Source: Pristiophorus japonicus
Lineage: Eukaryota
Length of the DNA: 64,000 bases
Assembly (NCBI RefSeq): GCF_044704955.1
Contig: NC_091989.1
Span: 85,622,001-85,686,000 of the forward strand
Direction: 5' to 3'
The position numbers and the translations under genes were made by a program. The notes under the pieces were generated by a model. It was not told the origin of the DNA. It worked only from the letters and a program-made list of their open reading frames with translations, and ran no database searches. Positions 11,819 through 24,912 of the stretch are shown piece by piece (the first letter of the stretch is position 1; each line of letters starts with the position of its first letter).

Positions 11819-12130
11819 TTGTTCTTCGAACATCGTCCAAAGTTACTCAGATCGGGGAACGCAAGATGACGCTAGTTGGTTCAAATGTATCTTTCTATTG
11901 CACTTTCTCGCTTTCTGATGAGCAGGCAGAAATTACAGTGTCCTGGTGGCGACACGGTTACTATAGTTACTTAAAACCAGAGAGCAGGAAAGAGTTCCAT
12001 GCAAAGAGAAGCTCTAACAACTTTCACCTTCTGAATGTTAATATTCAGGAGGCCGGAATTTATTACTGTGCAGTGACATATCAGGGAAAATCAATGGGAA
12101 ACGGAACAGGTACATAACTTATTGTATATA
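11819..12130 (+). CDS. Exon 2, V-set domain with J-like G strand (contains in-frame TAA)
   Basis: Acceptor TTGCAG|. Motifs KVTQ, VSFYC, VSWW, EAGIYYCAV, GNGTGT*LIVY. Phase-1 donor A|GTAAGG at 12131. Confidence 0.9.
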
Positions 12131-12336
12131 GTAAGGGTCGAGTTGCATCTACATTGGTATTCAAACGGTATTTAATAAGGAAAGCAAAAGTATGATTTTT
12201 ATTGTTTTACAGGCTTTGTTTCCACGGAAATAAGGATGCTCGTTAAATGCATTTGTTATTTTAAATCTCGTTACTGCCAGCTTATTATATAACACATTAA
12301 GAACACGTTTTACATTGATTGTCTTATAGTTCAATG

Positions 12337-14841
12337 AATGGTACAGCAGTAATCATGGGCGACTTTAATCTACATATTGATTGGGCTAAACTAACTGGGA
12401 GCAATGCGGTGGAGGAGGATTTCCTGGAGTGTATTAGGGATGGTTTTCTAGAGCAATATGTCGAGGAACCAACCAGAGACCTGGTCATCCTAGACTGGGT
12501 GATGTGTAATGAGAAGGGACTAATTAGCAATCTTGTTGTGCGCGGTCCCTTGGTGAAGATTGACCATAATATGGTAGATTTGTTTATTAAGATGGAGAGT
12601 GACAAAGTTAATTAAGAAACTAGGGTCCTGAAGTGAAGGAAAGGTAACTTTGATGGTATGAGGCACGAATTGGCGAGATTAGACTGGCAAATTATACTTA
12701 AAGGATTGACGGTGGATCGGCAATGGAAAACTTTTAAAGATCACATGGATGAACTTCAATAATTGTACATCCCTGTCTGGAGTAAAAATAAAACGGGGAA
12801 GGTGGCTCAACCGTGGCTAACAAGGGAAATTGAGGATAGAGTTAAATCCAAGGAAGAGGCATGCAAATTAGCCAGAAAAAGCAGCAAACCAGAGGACTGG
12901 GAGACATTCAGAATTCAGTAGAGGAGCACAAAAAGTTTAATTAAGAGGGGGAAGATAGAGTACGACAGGAAGCTTGCAGGGAACATAAAAACTGACTGCA
13001 AAAGCTTCTATAAATATGTGAAGAGAAAAAGATTAGTGAAGACAAATGTAGGTCCCTTGCAGTTGGATTCGGATGAATTTATAATGGGGAACAAAGAAAT
13101 GGCAGAGCAATTGAACAAGTACTTCAGTTCTGTCTTCACAAAGGAAGACACAAATAACCTTCCGAATGTACTAGGGGACCGAGGGTCTAGTGAGAAGGAG
13201 GAACTGAAGGATACCCTTATTAAGCGGGAAATTGTGTTAGGAAAATTGACAGGATTGAAGGCCAATAAATCCCCAGGCCAGAGTACTTAAGGAATTGGCT
13301 CGAGAAATTGTGGTTTCATTGGTAATTTTCCAGCAGTCTATCGAATCAGGATCAGTTCTTATGGACTGGAGGATTGCCAATGTAACACCACTTTTCAAAA
13401 AAGGAGGGAGAGAGAAAACGGGCAATTATGGATTGGTTAGCCTGACATCAGTAGTGGGGAAAATGTTGGAATCAATCATTAAGGCTGAAATAGCAGCGCA
13501 TTTAGAAAGCAGCGATCGGATTAGTCCAAGTCAGCATGGAATTATGAAAGGGAAATCACGCTTGACAAATCTTCTGGAATTTTTTGAGGATGTAACTAGT
13601 CGAGTGGACAAGGGAGAACTAGTGAATGTGGACTTTCAAAAGGCTTTTGACAAGGTCCCACACAAGAGATTGGTGTGCAAAATCAAGGCAGAATGTAATG
13701 TACTGACGTGGATAGAGAACTGGTTGGTAGATAGGAAGCAGAGAGTCGGGATAAACGGGTCCTTTTCAGAATGGCAGGCACTGACTAGTGGAGTGCCGCA
13801 GTGCTCAGTGCTGGGACCCCAGCTCTTTACAATATATATTAGTGATTCAGAAGATGGAATGGAGTGTAATATCTCCAAATTTGCAGATGACACTACACTG
13901 GGTGGCGGTGTGAGCTGTGAGGAGGACTCTAGGAGGCTTCAGGGTGACTTGGACAGGTAAGGCGAGCGGGCAAATACATGTCAGATGCAATATAATGTGG
14001 ATAAATATGAGGTTATCCACTTTGGGGGCAAAAACACGAAGGTAGAATATTATCTGAATGGCGGCAGATTAGGAAAAGGGAAGGTGCAATGAGACCTGGG
14101 GGTCACGGTTCATCAGTCACTGAAAGTGGGCATGCAGGTACAGCAGGCGGTGAAGAACCCAAATGCTATGCTGGCCTTCTTAGCTAGGGGATTTGAATAC
14201 AGGAGTAGGGAGGTCTTACTGCAGTTGTACAGGGCCTTAGTGAGGCCACACCTGGAATATTGTGTGCAGTTTTGGTCTCCTAATCTGAAGAAGGACGTTC
14301 TTGCTATTGAGGGAGTGCAGTGAAGGTTCTCCAGACTGATTCCAGGGATAGCTGGACTGTCACATGAGGAGAGACTGGATCAACTGGGCCTTTATTCACT
14401 GGAGTTTAGAAGTATTGGAGGGGATCTCATATAAACGTATAAGATTCTGACGGGACTGGACAGGTTAGATGCGGGAAGAATGTTCCCAATGTTGGGGAAG
14501 TCCAGATCCAGGGGACATAGTCTTAGTTTAAGGAGTAGGCCATTTAGGACTGAGATGAGGAGAATCTTCTTCACTCAGCGAGTTGTTAACCTATGGAATT
14601 CCCTGCCACTGAGAGTTGTTGATGCCAGTTCATTGGATATATTCAAGCGGGAGTTAGATATGGCCCTTATGGCTAAGAGGATCAAGGGGTATGGAGAGAT
14701 AGCAGGAAAGGGGTACTGAGGTAATGATCAGCCATGATCTTATTGAATGGCGCTGCAGGTTCGAAGGGCAAAATGGCCTACTCCTGGAACTATTTTCTAT
14801 ATTTCTATATTTCTATGTTTCTATATTTCTATGTTTCTATG
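12337..14841 (+). mobile_element. 5'-truncated CR1 LINE in intron 2
   Basis: MGDFN...RT fragments (ORFs starting 12319, 13018, 13295, 14126, 14480) and a (TTCTATAT/TTCTATGT)n tail. Confidence 0.95.
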
Positions 14842-15186
14842 AAACGTTTTCCACTTGGGCCTCAATCAAAGGCCAATCCTGCTATCCTATCGGTTGCATC
14901 AATTAACGCAAAGAGCATACTTTTAATCAGATTTCATGGATAAAATGCATCGGTCATTTACCCCACTTCATGTTCTAGGCAATAATTTAGGTTCAGAGAT
15001 CATAGCATATAATCAGTAAATACCTTGGATTGGCTTTACTCGAAATCTTGAATTAAATGCATAACCCAGCCGATATTTGCTACTATAACATGCATGGCAC
15101 TTCAAAGTAATTCATCTCATATCAATCGCATTTGGCATGATAACGTCCTTTCTCCAATAATTATTCCCCATGCAGCTGCATCATCC

Positions 15187-15208
15187 ATCTATCTATCTAT
15201 CTATCTAT
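15187..15208. repeat. (ATCT)n microsatellite
   Basis: ATCTATCTATCTATCTATCTAT. Confidence 0.85.
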
Positions 15209-15737
15209 TATTGTTTTCAATAAAGATATGAGTTATTACGTCGAACGTGGATGTTAAGAAAAGATTTTGATTTTTCAACTGAAATGTTTTTCTTTTGCTT
15301 CCATTTCTATTTGTCCGTGTCGAGAATAGCCGAGATGCAAGCAATTAAGCATTTGCTTTGTCCTGACTGAGGTGTAACTGAGTGCTTCAATTCCCTAATA
15401 TCACAACAATATCTGCATATCTGCAGAATTTTCAACTACAACACGCAGATCTAAATACAGAAATAATAATATCTGCGGGCGAATAATGTCAAAGTAATTC
15501 AGCTATATTTAACGACAAAAATTATTTATAAAATAATATTTTTTGTAGCTTTATCAGAGGAAATTTGGAAATAAAATAAGTTCAAAATTATAATATGGCT
15601 GCATTCTAGATCAATGATAATTTCAGTTGCAATAAAAAATCTTGACGGGACATATTTTCATATATTTACCGTCAGGTTGATTTAAAATGAACGTTTTCCT
15701 TTTGTGTGTAATATTCGCCTGTGCTTCTTCAACAAAG

Positions 15738-16040
15738 CTGCTCCAGTTCCCTTGAAGATTCTCCTCAAAGCATCCGAAAGAGTTGTGCCTTCTCCTCTCA
15801 AACTGGAGTGCAGAACAGCCGGATTTTGCCCGAAGGAATTTAAACTCACTTGGCATAAAGATGGCATTGAACTTCTCTCTGGATTTGGAACAGTACAACA
15901 CATAAATGCGGATGGACTGTATGAAGTTTCCAGCTCTTTTGAAGGGGCACAGCCTGTCCAGAGCGAGGCATTTTATACCTGTGAAGTGTCGCATGTTTCT
16001 CTCCTAATCCCAGCCAGTGTTACCTACATTGCAGCCAAAG
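15738..16040 (+). CDS. Exon 3, C1-set Ig domain
   Basis: Acceptor AAAG|CT. Reads APVPLKI...LECRTAGFCPKEFKLTWHKDG...NADGLYEVSS...YTCEVSHVSL (C1 hallmarks GFxP and YxCxVxH). Phase-1 donor G|GTGATA. Confidence 0.9.
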
Positions 16041-16646
16041 GTGATATTTTTAACATGCATCTCACTTGTATCAGTCTGGTCATTTCGAGAAAAATCTATT
16101 TTCTCTTGTAACTAACTAACTAACTGCTGCTGCTTATTTGCATAATGTCGTTTCATCTTTCAAATATTGATTTATTGCAAGTCACAATAATGGGAAAAAT
16201 GCCCATCGTGTACTGGCTATCCGTCTGATGTTATGTAGGAAGGGCTGTTCCAATTAAATTCCTGGAGAATGTCAGTTTTCAATGGAAAATTTCCACAAAG
16301 CTAATAATTAGAATTACATTACATGTTGTTTGAGAAATAAACAACAAATGCGAAGTAAGAAAACAGTGTAATCACCAAGCTGAGAAACAAATCTTCCAGG
16401 AAATTTCCGACATTAATGCTTTCATAATCACAAAGTACACTGAGCTCAGGTACACTGCGCTGTACAATATGATCACTGCATGTGGCAACATGACAAATAT
16501 ATCAGTGATTTTCTCTGTTGGATTATTATGTGAAATTGCAAATATTTTGCTTTAGATTTCATGGTTTCTGAAGTTATACCGTGGCATGCAATTTCTTTTC
16601 CCTTTACATCCAGAGCTTCTAATCTTCATTTCATGTCACTTTTTAG

Positions 16647-16760
16647 GTAAATTCCAACATATAAGTTATGCTCTGATTGCTAGACTTACAGGTGGCGCAT
16701 TTGGCTTTAACCTGCTTACAATCATGATCGTTAAGCGAGTTCAATTCATTACCCGTGACG
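16647..16760 (+). CDS. Exon 4, transmembrane GKFQHISYALIARLTGGAFGFNLLTIMIVKRVQFITRD
   Basis: Acceptor TTTTAG|; hydrophobic stretch followed by KR; phase-1 donor G|GTAGGA. Confidence 0.8.
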
Positions 16761-16866
16761 GTAGGAACATTTTAGATTTTCTTCAACTTTCACTGATACT
16801 GTTTCTGATTAGATTGTGGTAGAATTAAGCATTGAACGAAATGTTTTACATAGATTAAAGTACTTA

Positions 16867-19800
16867 ATATCGGTGGAAGTTTATGTTTATGGTATTAAAT
16901 TCGGCGCTGCATGTAGCGATTCAAACTGCCGGTTGCTATCAATGTATTTAGAATGTACATCTGGAAATCAATCCATTTTAGTATACGCTGCATCAAAATC
17001 TCGATTATATAATTTGCTGCATTCATTAAAGGTATATAGAATTGCAGGTAATAAACAGCACAGAAACAAGTCATCTGACCCAACTAATCCGTGCTGGTGT
17101 ATCCACTCCACACAAGTCTTCCCCATTATATCTGCCTCAGCTCAGCCTTTCAGCATATAATTATATTCGCTTTTCTCTCATGTACTCGTCAAGATTAATT
17201 TTGAAAGCATCTAATCTATTTTTCTCAAACACTTCCTCCGGTAGCGATTTCCACATTCTAACCAGTTTCTGAGTAAATATATTGATCCTTGTTTCCCTAT
17301 TCGGATATTAGTGACTATATTGTATTTATGTCCGCTCTTTCAGTACACTCCCAAAATTGCAAATAATCTCTCCACAACCACCGTGTTCAATCCATCCACA
17401 ACTGAAAAGGCATGTATCGGGTCTCTTCTCTGTCTCCACTTCCCCGTTAGCTATAATCTCTCAGGTGCAGGACCTTCGTTGTAATTCTTTTTTTTGCATC
17501 TTTCGAAGTGCTTCTATGCACTTTTTATAGTATGGAGGCCACAACTGTGCAAAGTAATCCAGTGCGGCCTGACCAGGGTTATGTATAATTTTAACAGAAC
17601 TACATTACTTTTGAATTCTTTCCCAATAGAAAAAAGTCTCATTGCTTTGTGTGCATTTAATTCTTTTGCTGAACTGCGCTCATTTTAGTGATCTGATCAC
17701 GATTATCCCTCGACCACTTCGCTTTTCTACCCCATTCAGTTTCTGATTTTCAAAGATCAAGGTGATGCTTCTGTTTTGCTTACCGAAGTGCATCATCTCT
17801 CAAATATCTTCAAGATTTTGATATGTTAACGCTCATTTGAGGCATAACTTTACAGTCTGCAAGTTTTCAAACATCTACATTTATTATTTTCCTTCTTGCT
17901 GAATGCTGGTTGTAGCCCCTTGCTGATATCACCATGCAAACTTTGAAATTTGATTCCATATTCCTAATTTCACTTTTACATTATGAATAACAGTGATCGT
18001 GGCACTGATCTTTGTAGTATAGCACATTCTTACTTGCCATAATATGAAAAACTACACTTTAACCCTTCTCTATGCTTTTTCTTTGGCTATTCGATTCTTC
18101 CTTTTGCTTCCAAATATATAGTTGGGGGAATTTTTCCAAAACTATATTCAAAAGAATAATTTAAAAGCATTTTGGAATTGGAACATTTGATAATCCTCAT
18201 CAATTAACTGAACAGATGTAAATCAGGCAATTAAAGCATGTTACTGTTACCAAATTTGTGATGTAGCCATATTTAAGTTAATGTTTAGAATCTATGCTGA
18301 CTCATGCTGATCAATTGAGTTTATGTTAGAAATGTTGTCGAGTATTATTATTTGTGGTGATGTACACGTAATTGTCCTGTTTTAAATTGCCTGAAATTTG
18401 AAGAGAGGTTCACTGATTGCCAGCTTTGGCGCACTGCTAGAGGTTGGAAATCCTACAAGAACCCAACTGATTGCTTGCTATCTTAATACAAGAATCGTCG
18501 AATCAAAGATTTCAGGACCCAATAATGTGTCCATCGTAAGGCAGAATAAATACTTTAGTACCATTCTTCTTCGGTATGTAGTTGTCACCAACTTTTTTAC
18601 ATATCAATAGATTGGGATCTATAGTTGTTTGGATTTTAAGGCAAAAGGGATATAGGGATAGTGCAGGAAAGTAGAATTGAGGTAGATGATCAGCCATAAT
18701 CGTATTGAATGGTGGAGCAGCATCGAAGGGCCGACGGGTCTAAACCTGCTCCTGTTTCTCATGTTGTTTTATAAATGTTAAGTTTTGATTTCATAAATTG
18801 TAAAAAGTCAGCAGAGGCGTCAAAGAGTTGGATGCAGTGAGGATATTTCCACTCATAGGAGAAAATTAATCTTGGGGCCACAGTCTCAGAATAAGGGGCC
18901 GTCAATTTAAAGCTGAGATGAGGCTGAATTTCTTCTCGCAGAGGGTTATAAATCTGTGGAATTCTCTGCCTCAGAGTGCTTTGGAGGCTGGGTCATTGAA
19001 TATATTTCAGACGGAGATAGACAGATTTTGAGCGATAAGGGAGTAAATGGTTATAGGGAGCTGGCAAAGAAGTTGAGCTGAGTCCATGATCGGATGAGTA
19101 ATGATCTTATTAAATGGCGGAGCGGGCTCGAGGGGTCAAATGGCCTACACCTGCTCCATTTTCTTATGTTCTTATGAAGCTCTCATGGACATACTTAGAA
19201 ACCAGAAGGTGCTATTTAAATGGTATTCAATACCTCGTATTTTTATATTAATAACACATTTATGCAGCAATTAGTGGAAATCTTACATTGCTTCAGATCC
19301 GGGATATGTTTAAATCAAGTTAGCACTAATATTTGTTGAGAGGTTATGAGTTGCAATGTTTTATTCGGAGAATTGAGCTGAGATTGGATTTTCCCAAAGT
19401 GGACTGCCAATTGAGTGTAAATAAGCGTCAGCGCAGTGGGCCGCATTCAAGGTGGATCTCCTGAGGGTACAGAGCAAGTATGTTCCCTTAAGGATAAAGG
19501 TGGGCTAACAAACCTAGAGCACGCCAAATCTCAAGGGACATAGAGGGTAAGATAAAGAAAACAAGGGAAGCTTATGATAGATACCAAGAACTCAAAACTG
19601 CATCAACTCTAGAGAAGTATAAGAATTAAGGCGTGCAATTAATGAAGAAATCAGGAAAGCAAAGAGAGAGCATGAAAGAATGTTGGAAAGTAAAATCAGG
19701 GAAAACCCGAAGATGCTTTGTAAATACATTAAGAGCAAGAGGATAACTAGAGCAACCGTGGGGCCTATTAAAGACAAAAAAGAAAATCTATGTGTGGAGG

Positions 19801-22800
19801 CAGAAGACATGGGTATGATTCTTAATTAAAAGTTTGCATTTGTCTTCACAAAACATAGGGGTGATGAAGGCTCTGCAATGCGGGAGGAGGAGTGTGAAAT
19901 ATTAGACGAGGTAAACATAGTGAGAGAGGAAGTAATAACGGGCTAAATAAGACCAGCCATGATATTAAATTTCAGAGCAGGCTCGAGGAGTCAAATGGCC
20001 TATACCTAATCCGATTTTTTCTGTCCTTATTGAACTTGTTATGCCTGATGTTGCGTTATTAATTATCGCTGTGCAAGTAGAAATATCGAAGAAAATATTA
20101 AAATATACGTGTAAACAAGTCTTAATTTAGTATAAGTTTGGATTTATTATGACTGCTCTATATTTACATTTACATGCAGTATAAAAACGCATTTTGAATA
20201 ATTCAGTATAAATTCGCTGGGATAATGATATATTTATAAATTTCAGCCTCCTTATGTTTAGGATTAAAGCAAAGATTAGTAAATAAGACATTCGTTCACC
20301 GACAATTAACATTATACATTTCTCCCTACCTCATTTTTGATACAAAGACAATTAATTCCTTTCTAAATTATTAGTGCTTTCGTGAAAGAAATATAAGTTA
20401 AGACGCTTATGACATAACTAGAAATATTAAGCCTGATTGTGTGGTCGGCGGCGTGGCTAAGAAGCATGCTACTGACACCCGAACGACATCCTCTCATAAC
20501 CCGTGCGAACCCCGCTTCGTGAAGCTGCTGCAGAGTTGTGCACAGGGTAGTGGCCCACTGATCCCTTGTCGCAACGTTGTGCAAATGCGAACATGGGATC
20601 GTGTCGAGCGTTGTTCCTTGCACTTACTGACTCTTAGTCCATCAGGAATGAAAGAAAATATAAATCCCCGAGGCCACAGAACTATGCTTTGCAGAAAGTC
20701 CATCGAAGCAGTTGTCCATGTTTAATTTTACTCTCTTCAGTACATATTCCAAATGATTGCTTCAGCATTATGCATCGATTCTGATTCAGTTTGATACATT
20801 GAACAATTTGATTTTAGGATTCGGTGTTGAAATTGCTGAATATAAAAATAACAGCTCATTTTAAATAATTTAGCATTCGGAAATTGTAATTAATTAATAA
20901 ATTACGATTACTGTAAATGTAATATCCGTGGAAGTTTATGTTTATGGTATTAAGTTCGGTACTGCATGTAGTGATTCAAACCGCCGGTTGCTATCAATGT
21001 ATTTAGAACTTACATCTGGAAATCAATCCATTTTAGCATGCGCTAAATTGACATCTCGATAATATAATTTGCTGCGTTCATTAAATGTTTATAGAATTGC
21101 AGGTAATAAACAGCACAGAAACAGGTCATCTGACCCAACTTATCCATGCTGGTGTATCCACTCCACACAAGTCTTCCCCATTATATCTGCCTCAGCTCAG
21201 CCTTTCAGCATATAATTATATTCGCTTTTCTCTCATGTACTCGTCAAGATTAATTTTGAAAGCATCTAATCTATTTTTCTCAAACACTTCCTCCGGTAGC
21301 GATTTCCACATTCTAACCAGTTTCTGATTAAATATATTGATCCTTGTTTCCCTATTCAGATATTAGTGACTATTGTGTATTTATGTCCGCTCTTTTAGTA
21401 CACTCCCAAAATTGCAAATACTCTCTACACAACCACCGTGTTCAATTCATCCACAACTGAAAAGGCGTGTATCGGGTCTCTTCTACGTCTCCACTTCCCA
21501 GTTAGCTATAATCTCTCAGGTGCAGGACCTTCGTTGTAAGTATTTTTTCATCTTCCCCAGTGCTTCTATGCAATATTTATAGTATGGAATCCATAACTGT
21601 GCAAAGTAATCCAGTGTGGCCTGAGCAGAGTCATGTTCAATTTTAACTTTTGAATTCTTTCCGACTAGAAATAAGTCCCATTGTTTTCTGCGCATTTAAT
21701 TGTTTTGCTGAACTGCGCTAATTTTAATGATCTGATCACACATATCCCACGACCACTTCGCTTTTCTACCCCATTCAGTTTCTGACTTTCAAAGATCAAG
21801 GTGATGTTTCTGTTTTGCTTACCCAAGTGCATCATGTCTCAAATATCTTCAAGTTTTTAATATGTTAACGCTCATTTGACGCATAACTTTACAGTCTGCA
21901 AGTTTTCAAACGTCTACATTTATTATTTTCCTTCTTGCTGAATGCTAGTTATAGCCCCTTGCTGATATCACCTTGCAAATTTTGAAATTTCGTTCCTTTT
22001 TCCTAATTTCATATTTAAATTATGAATAACAGTGATCGTGGAACTGATCCTGGTGGAATACCACAATCTTACTTCCCACAATATGAAAAACTACACTTAA
22101 CCCTTCTCCATGCTTTTTCTTTGGCTATTCGATTCTTCCTTTTGCTATTCAATTCTTCCTTTTGCTTCCAACTTTATAATAGGGGAAACTTTTCCAAAAC
22201 TATACTCAAAAGAAAAATTTAAAAGCAGATTAAAATTTGACAACGTGACAATCCTCATCAATTAAGTGAACATATATAAATCAGGCAATTAAAGCCTGTT
22301 GCTGTTGCCACATTTTTGATGTATACATATTTAAGTTATATTTAGAATCTATGCTGATCAATTCATTTTATGTTAGAAATTTAATCTAGTATTATTATTT
22401 GTAATGATTTACATGTAATTGTTCTGTATTAAATTGCCTGAAATTTGAAGAGAGATTCACTGATCGCCAGATTTGACGCTCTGCTTGAGGTTGGAAATCC
22501 TACAAGAACCCAACTGATTGCTTGCTATCTTAATACAAGAATCGTCGATCATAAGGCACAATAAAAACTTTAGTACCATTCTTCTTCGATCTATAGTTGT
22601 CACCAACTGTTTTAATTATCGATAGATTGGGATCTATAGAAGTTTGGATGTTCAGGGGAAAGAGATTGGGAATAGTGCAGGAAAGTAGATTTGAGGTAGA
22701 AGATCAGCCATGATCGTATTGAATGGAGGAGCAGCATCGAAGGGCCGACGGGTCTAAATCAGATCCTATTTCTCATGTTCTTATATAAATGTTAAGTTCT

Positions 22801-24912
22801 GATTTCATAAATTGTAAAAAGAGAGCAGAGGTGTCAACGAGTTGGATGCAGTGAGGATATTTCCACTCATAGGAGAAAATAAATCTAGGCATTACAGTCT
22901 CAGAATAATGGGCCGTCAATTTAAAGCTGAGATGAGGCTGAATTTCTTCTCGCAGAGGGTTATAAATCTCTGAAATCTCTGCCTCAGAGTGCTTTGGAGG
23001 CTGGGTCATTGAATATATTTCAGACGGAGATAGACAGATTTTGAGCGATAAGGGAATAAACGGTTATGGGGAGCTGGCAAAGAAGTTGAGCTGAGTCCAG
23101 GATCAGATGAGTCATGATCTTATTAAATGGGAGAGCGGGCTCAAGGGGTCAAATGTCCTACTTCTGCTCCCTTTTCTTATGTTCTTATGAAGCTCTCATG
23201 GACATACTTAGGATCCAGAAGGTGCTATTTAAATGGTATTCAATACCTCGTATTTTATATTAATAAAGCATTTATGCAGCAATTACTGGAAATCTTACAT
23301 TGCATCAGATCCGGGATATGTTTAAACCAAGTTATCACTAATATTTGTTGAGAGGTTATGAGTTGCAATGTTTTATTCGCAGAATTGAGCTGAGATGGGA
23401 TTTGGCCAAAGTGGACTGCTAATTGAGTGTAAATAAGTGTCAGAGCAGGGGAACGCATTCAAGGTGTTTTCCTGAGGGTACATAGCAAGTATGTTCCCTT
23501 CAGGAAAAAGGTGGGCTAACAAACCTAGAGCACACCAAATCTCAAGGGACATACAGGGTAAGATAAAGAAAACAAGGGAAGCTCATGACAGATACCAAGA
23601 ACTCAAAATTGCATAAACTCTCGAGCCGTATGAGAAGTTAAGGGGTGCAATTAATAAAGAAATCAGGAAAGCAAAGAGAGAGTATGGTAGAATGTTGGAA
23701 AGTAAAATCAGGGAAAACGCAAAGATGCTTTATAAATACATTAAGTGCAAGAGGATAACTAGAGCAACCGTGGGGCCTATTAAAGACAAAAAATAAAATC
23801 TGTGTATGGAGGCAGAAGACGTGGATATGATTCTTAATGAATAGTTTGCATCTGTTTTCACAAAACATAGGGGTGATGAAGGCTCTGCAATGCGGGAGGA
23901 GGAGTGTGAAATAGTAGACGAGATAAACATAGTTAGAGAGGAAGTAATAACGGGTTTAATATGATCAGCCATTAAATGGCAGAGCAGGCTCGAGGAGTTA
24001 AGTGGCCTATTTCTAAAACTATTTCTTATGTCCTTATTGAATATGTTATGCATAATGTTGCATTATTAATTATCGCTGTGGAAGTAGATATATCAAAGAA
24101 GAAAATAGTAACATATACGCTTAAACAAGTCTTTATTTAGTGTAAGGTTGGATGTATTATTACTGTTCTATGTATACAGTTACATGTAGTATAAAAACAC
24201 TTTTTGATTAATTCAGTATAAATTCGCTGGGATAATGACGTGTTTATAAACTTCAGCCTCGTTTTGTTAAGAATTAAAGCAAAGATTAGTAAATAAGACA
24301 TTCGTTCACCGACAATTATCATTATACATTTTTGCCCACCTCATTTTTGATACAAAGATCATTAATTCCTTTCTAAATTATTTAGTGCTTTCATGAAACA
24401 AATATAAGTTAAGACGCTTATGACATAACTAGAAATATTAAGCCTGATTGTGTGGTCGGCGGTATGGCTAAGGAGCCACCGACACCCGAACGAAATCCTC
24501 ACATAACCCGTGTGAACCCCGCTTCATGAAGCTGCTGCAGATTTGTGGTCCACTGATCCCTTGGTGCAACGTTATGCAAATGCGAATATGGGATCATGTG
24601 GAGCGTTGTTCGTTGCACTTACTGAATCTTAGCCCATCAGGAAAGAAAGAAAATAGAAATCTTTGATGCAACAGAACTATGCTTTGCAGAAAGTCCATCT
24701 CAGCAGCTGTGCATGTTAAATTTTACTATCCTCACTGCATATTCCAAATGATTGCTTTAGCATTTTGCTTCAATTTCTGATTCAATTTGATACCTTGAAC
24801 AATTTGATATTAGGATTCGGTATTTAAATTGCTGATTATAAAGAGAACAGCTCATTTTAAATAATATAGCAATTGGAAATTTTATTTAATTAGTAAATTA
24901 CGATTACTGCAA
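16867..24912. repeat. Tandem duplication of a ~4.05-kb intronic unit (copy 1 ~16867-20915, copy 2 ~20921-24912) containing old CR1 fragments
   Basis: Both copies start AATATC.GTGGAAGTTTATGTTTATGGTATTAA and end AAATTACGATTACTG. They are colinear throughout; paired ORFs include 17042/21085 and 20127/24137. Confidence 0.95.
18516..18535 (+). CDS. Candidate phase 1-to-0 micro-exon (GPNNVSI); alternative acceptor at 18441
   Basis: TTTCAG|GACCCAATAATGTGTCCATC|GTAAGG would bridge the TM exon to the phase-0 tail exons. Polypyrimidine tract is weak. Confidence 0.25.

Noticed and set aside
12064-12070. TACTGTG, heptamer-like, at the V-domain YYCA
   Set aside because: It follows from the Tyr-Cys-Ala codons; no nonamer at 12/23 spacing and no separate J segments were seen, so there is no evidence of V(D)J rearrangement.
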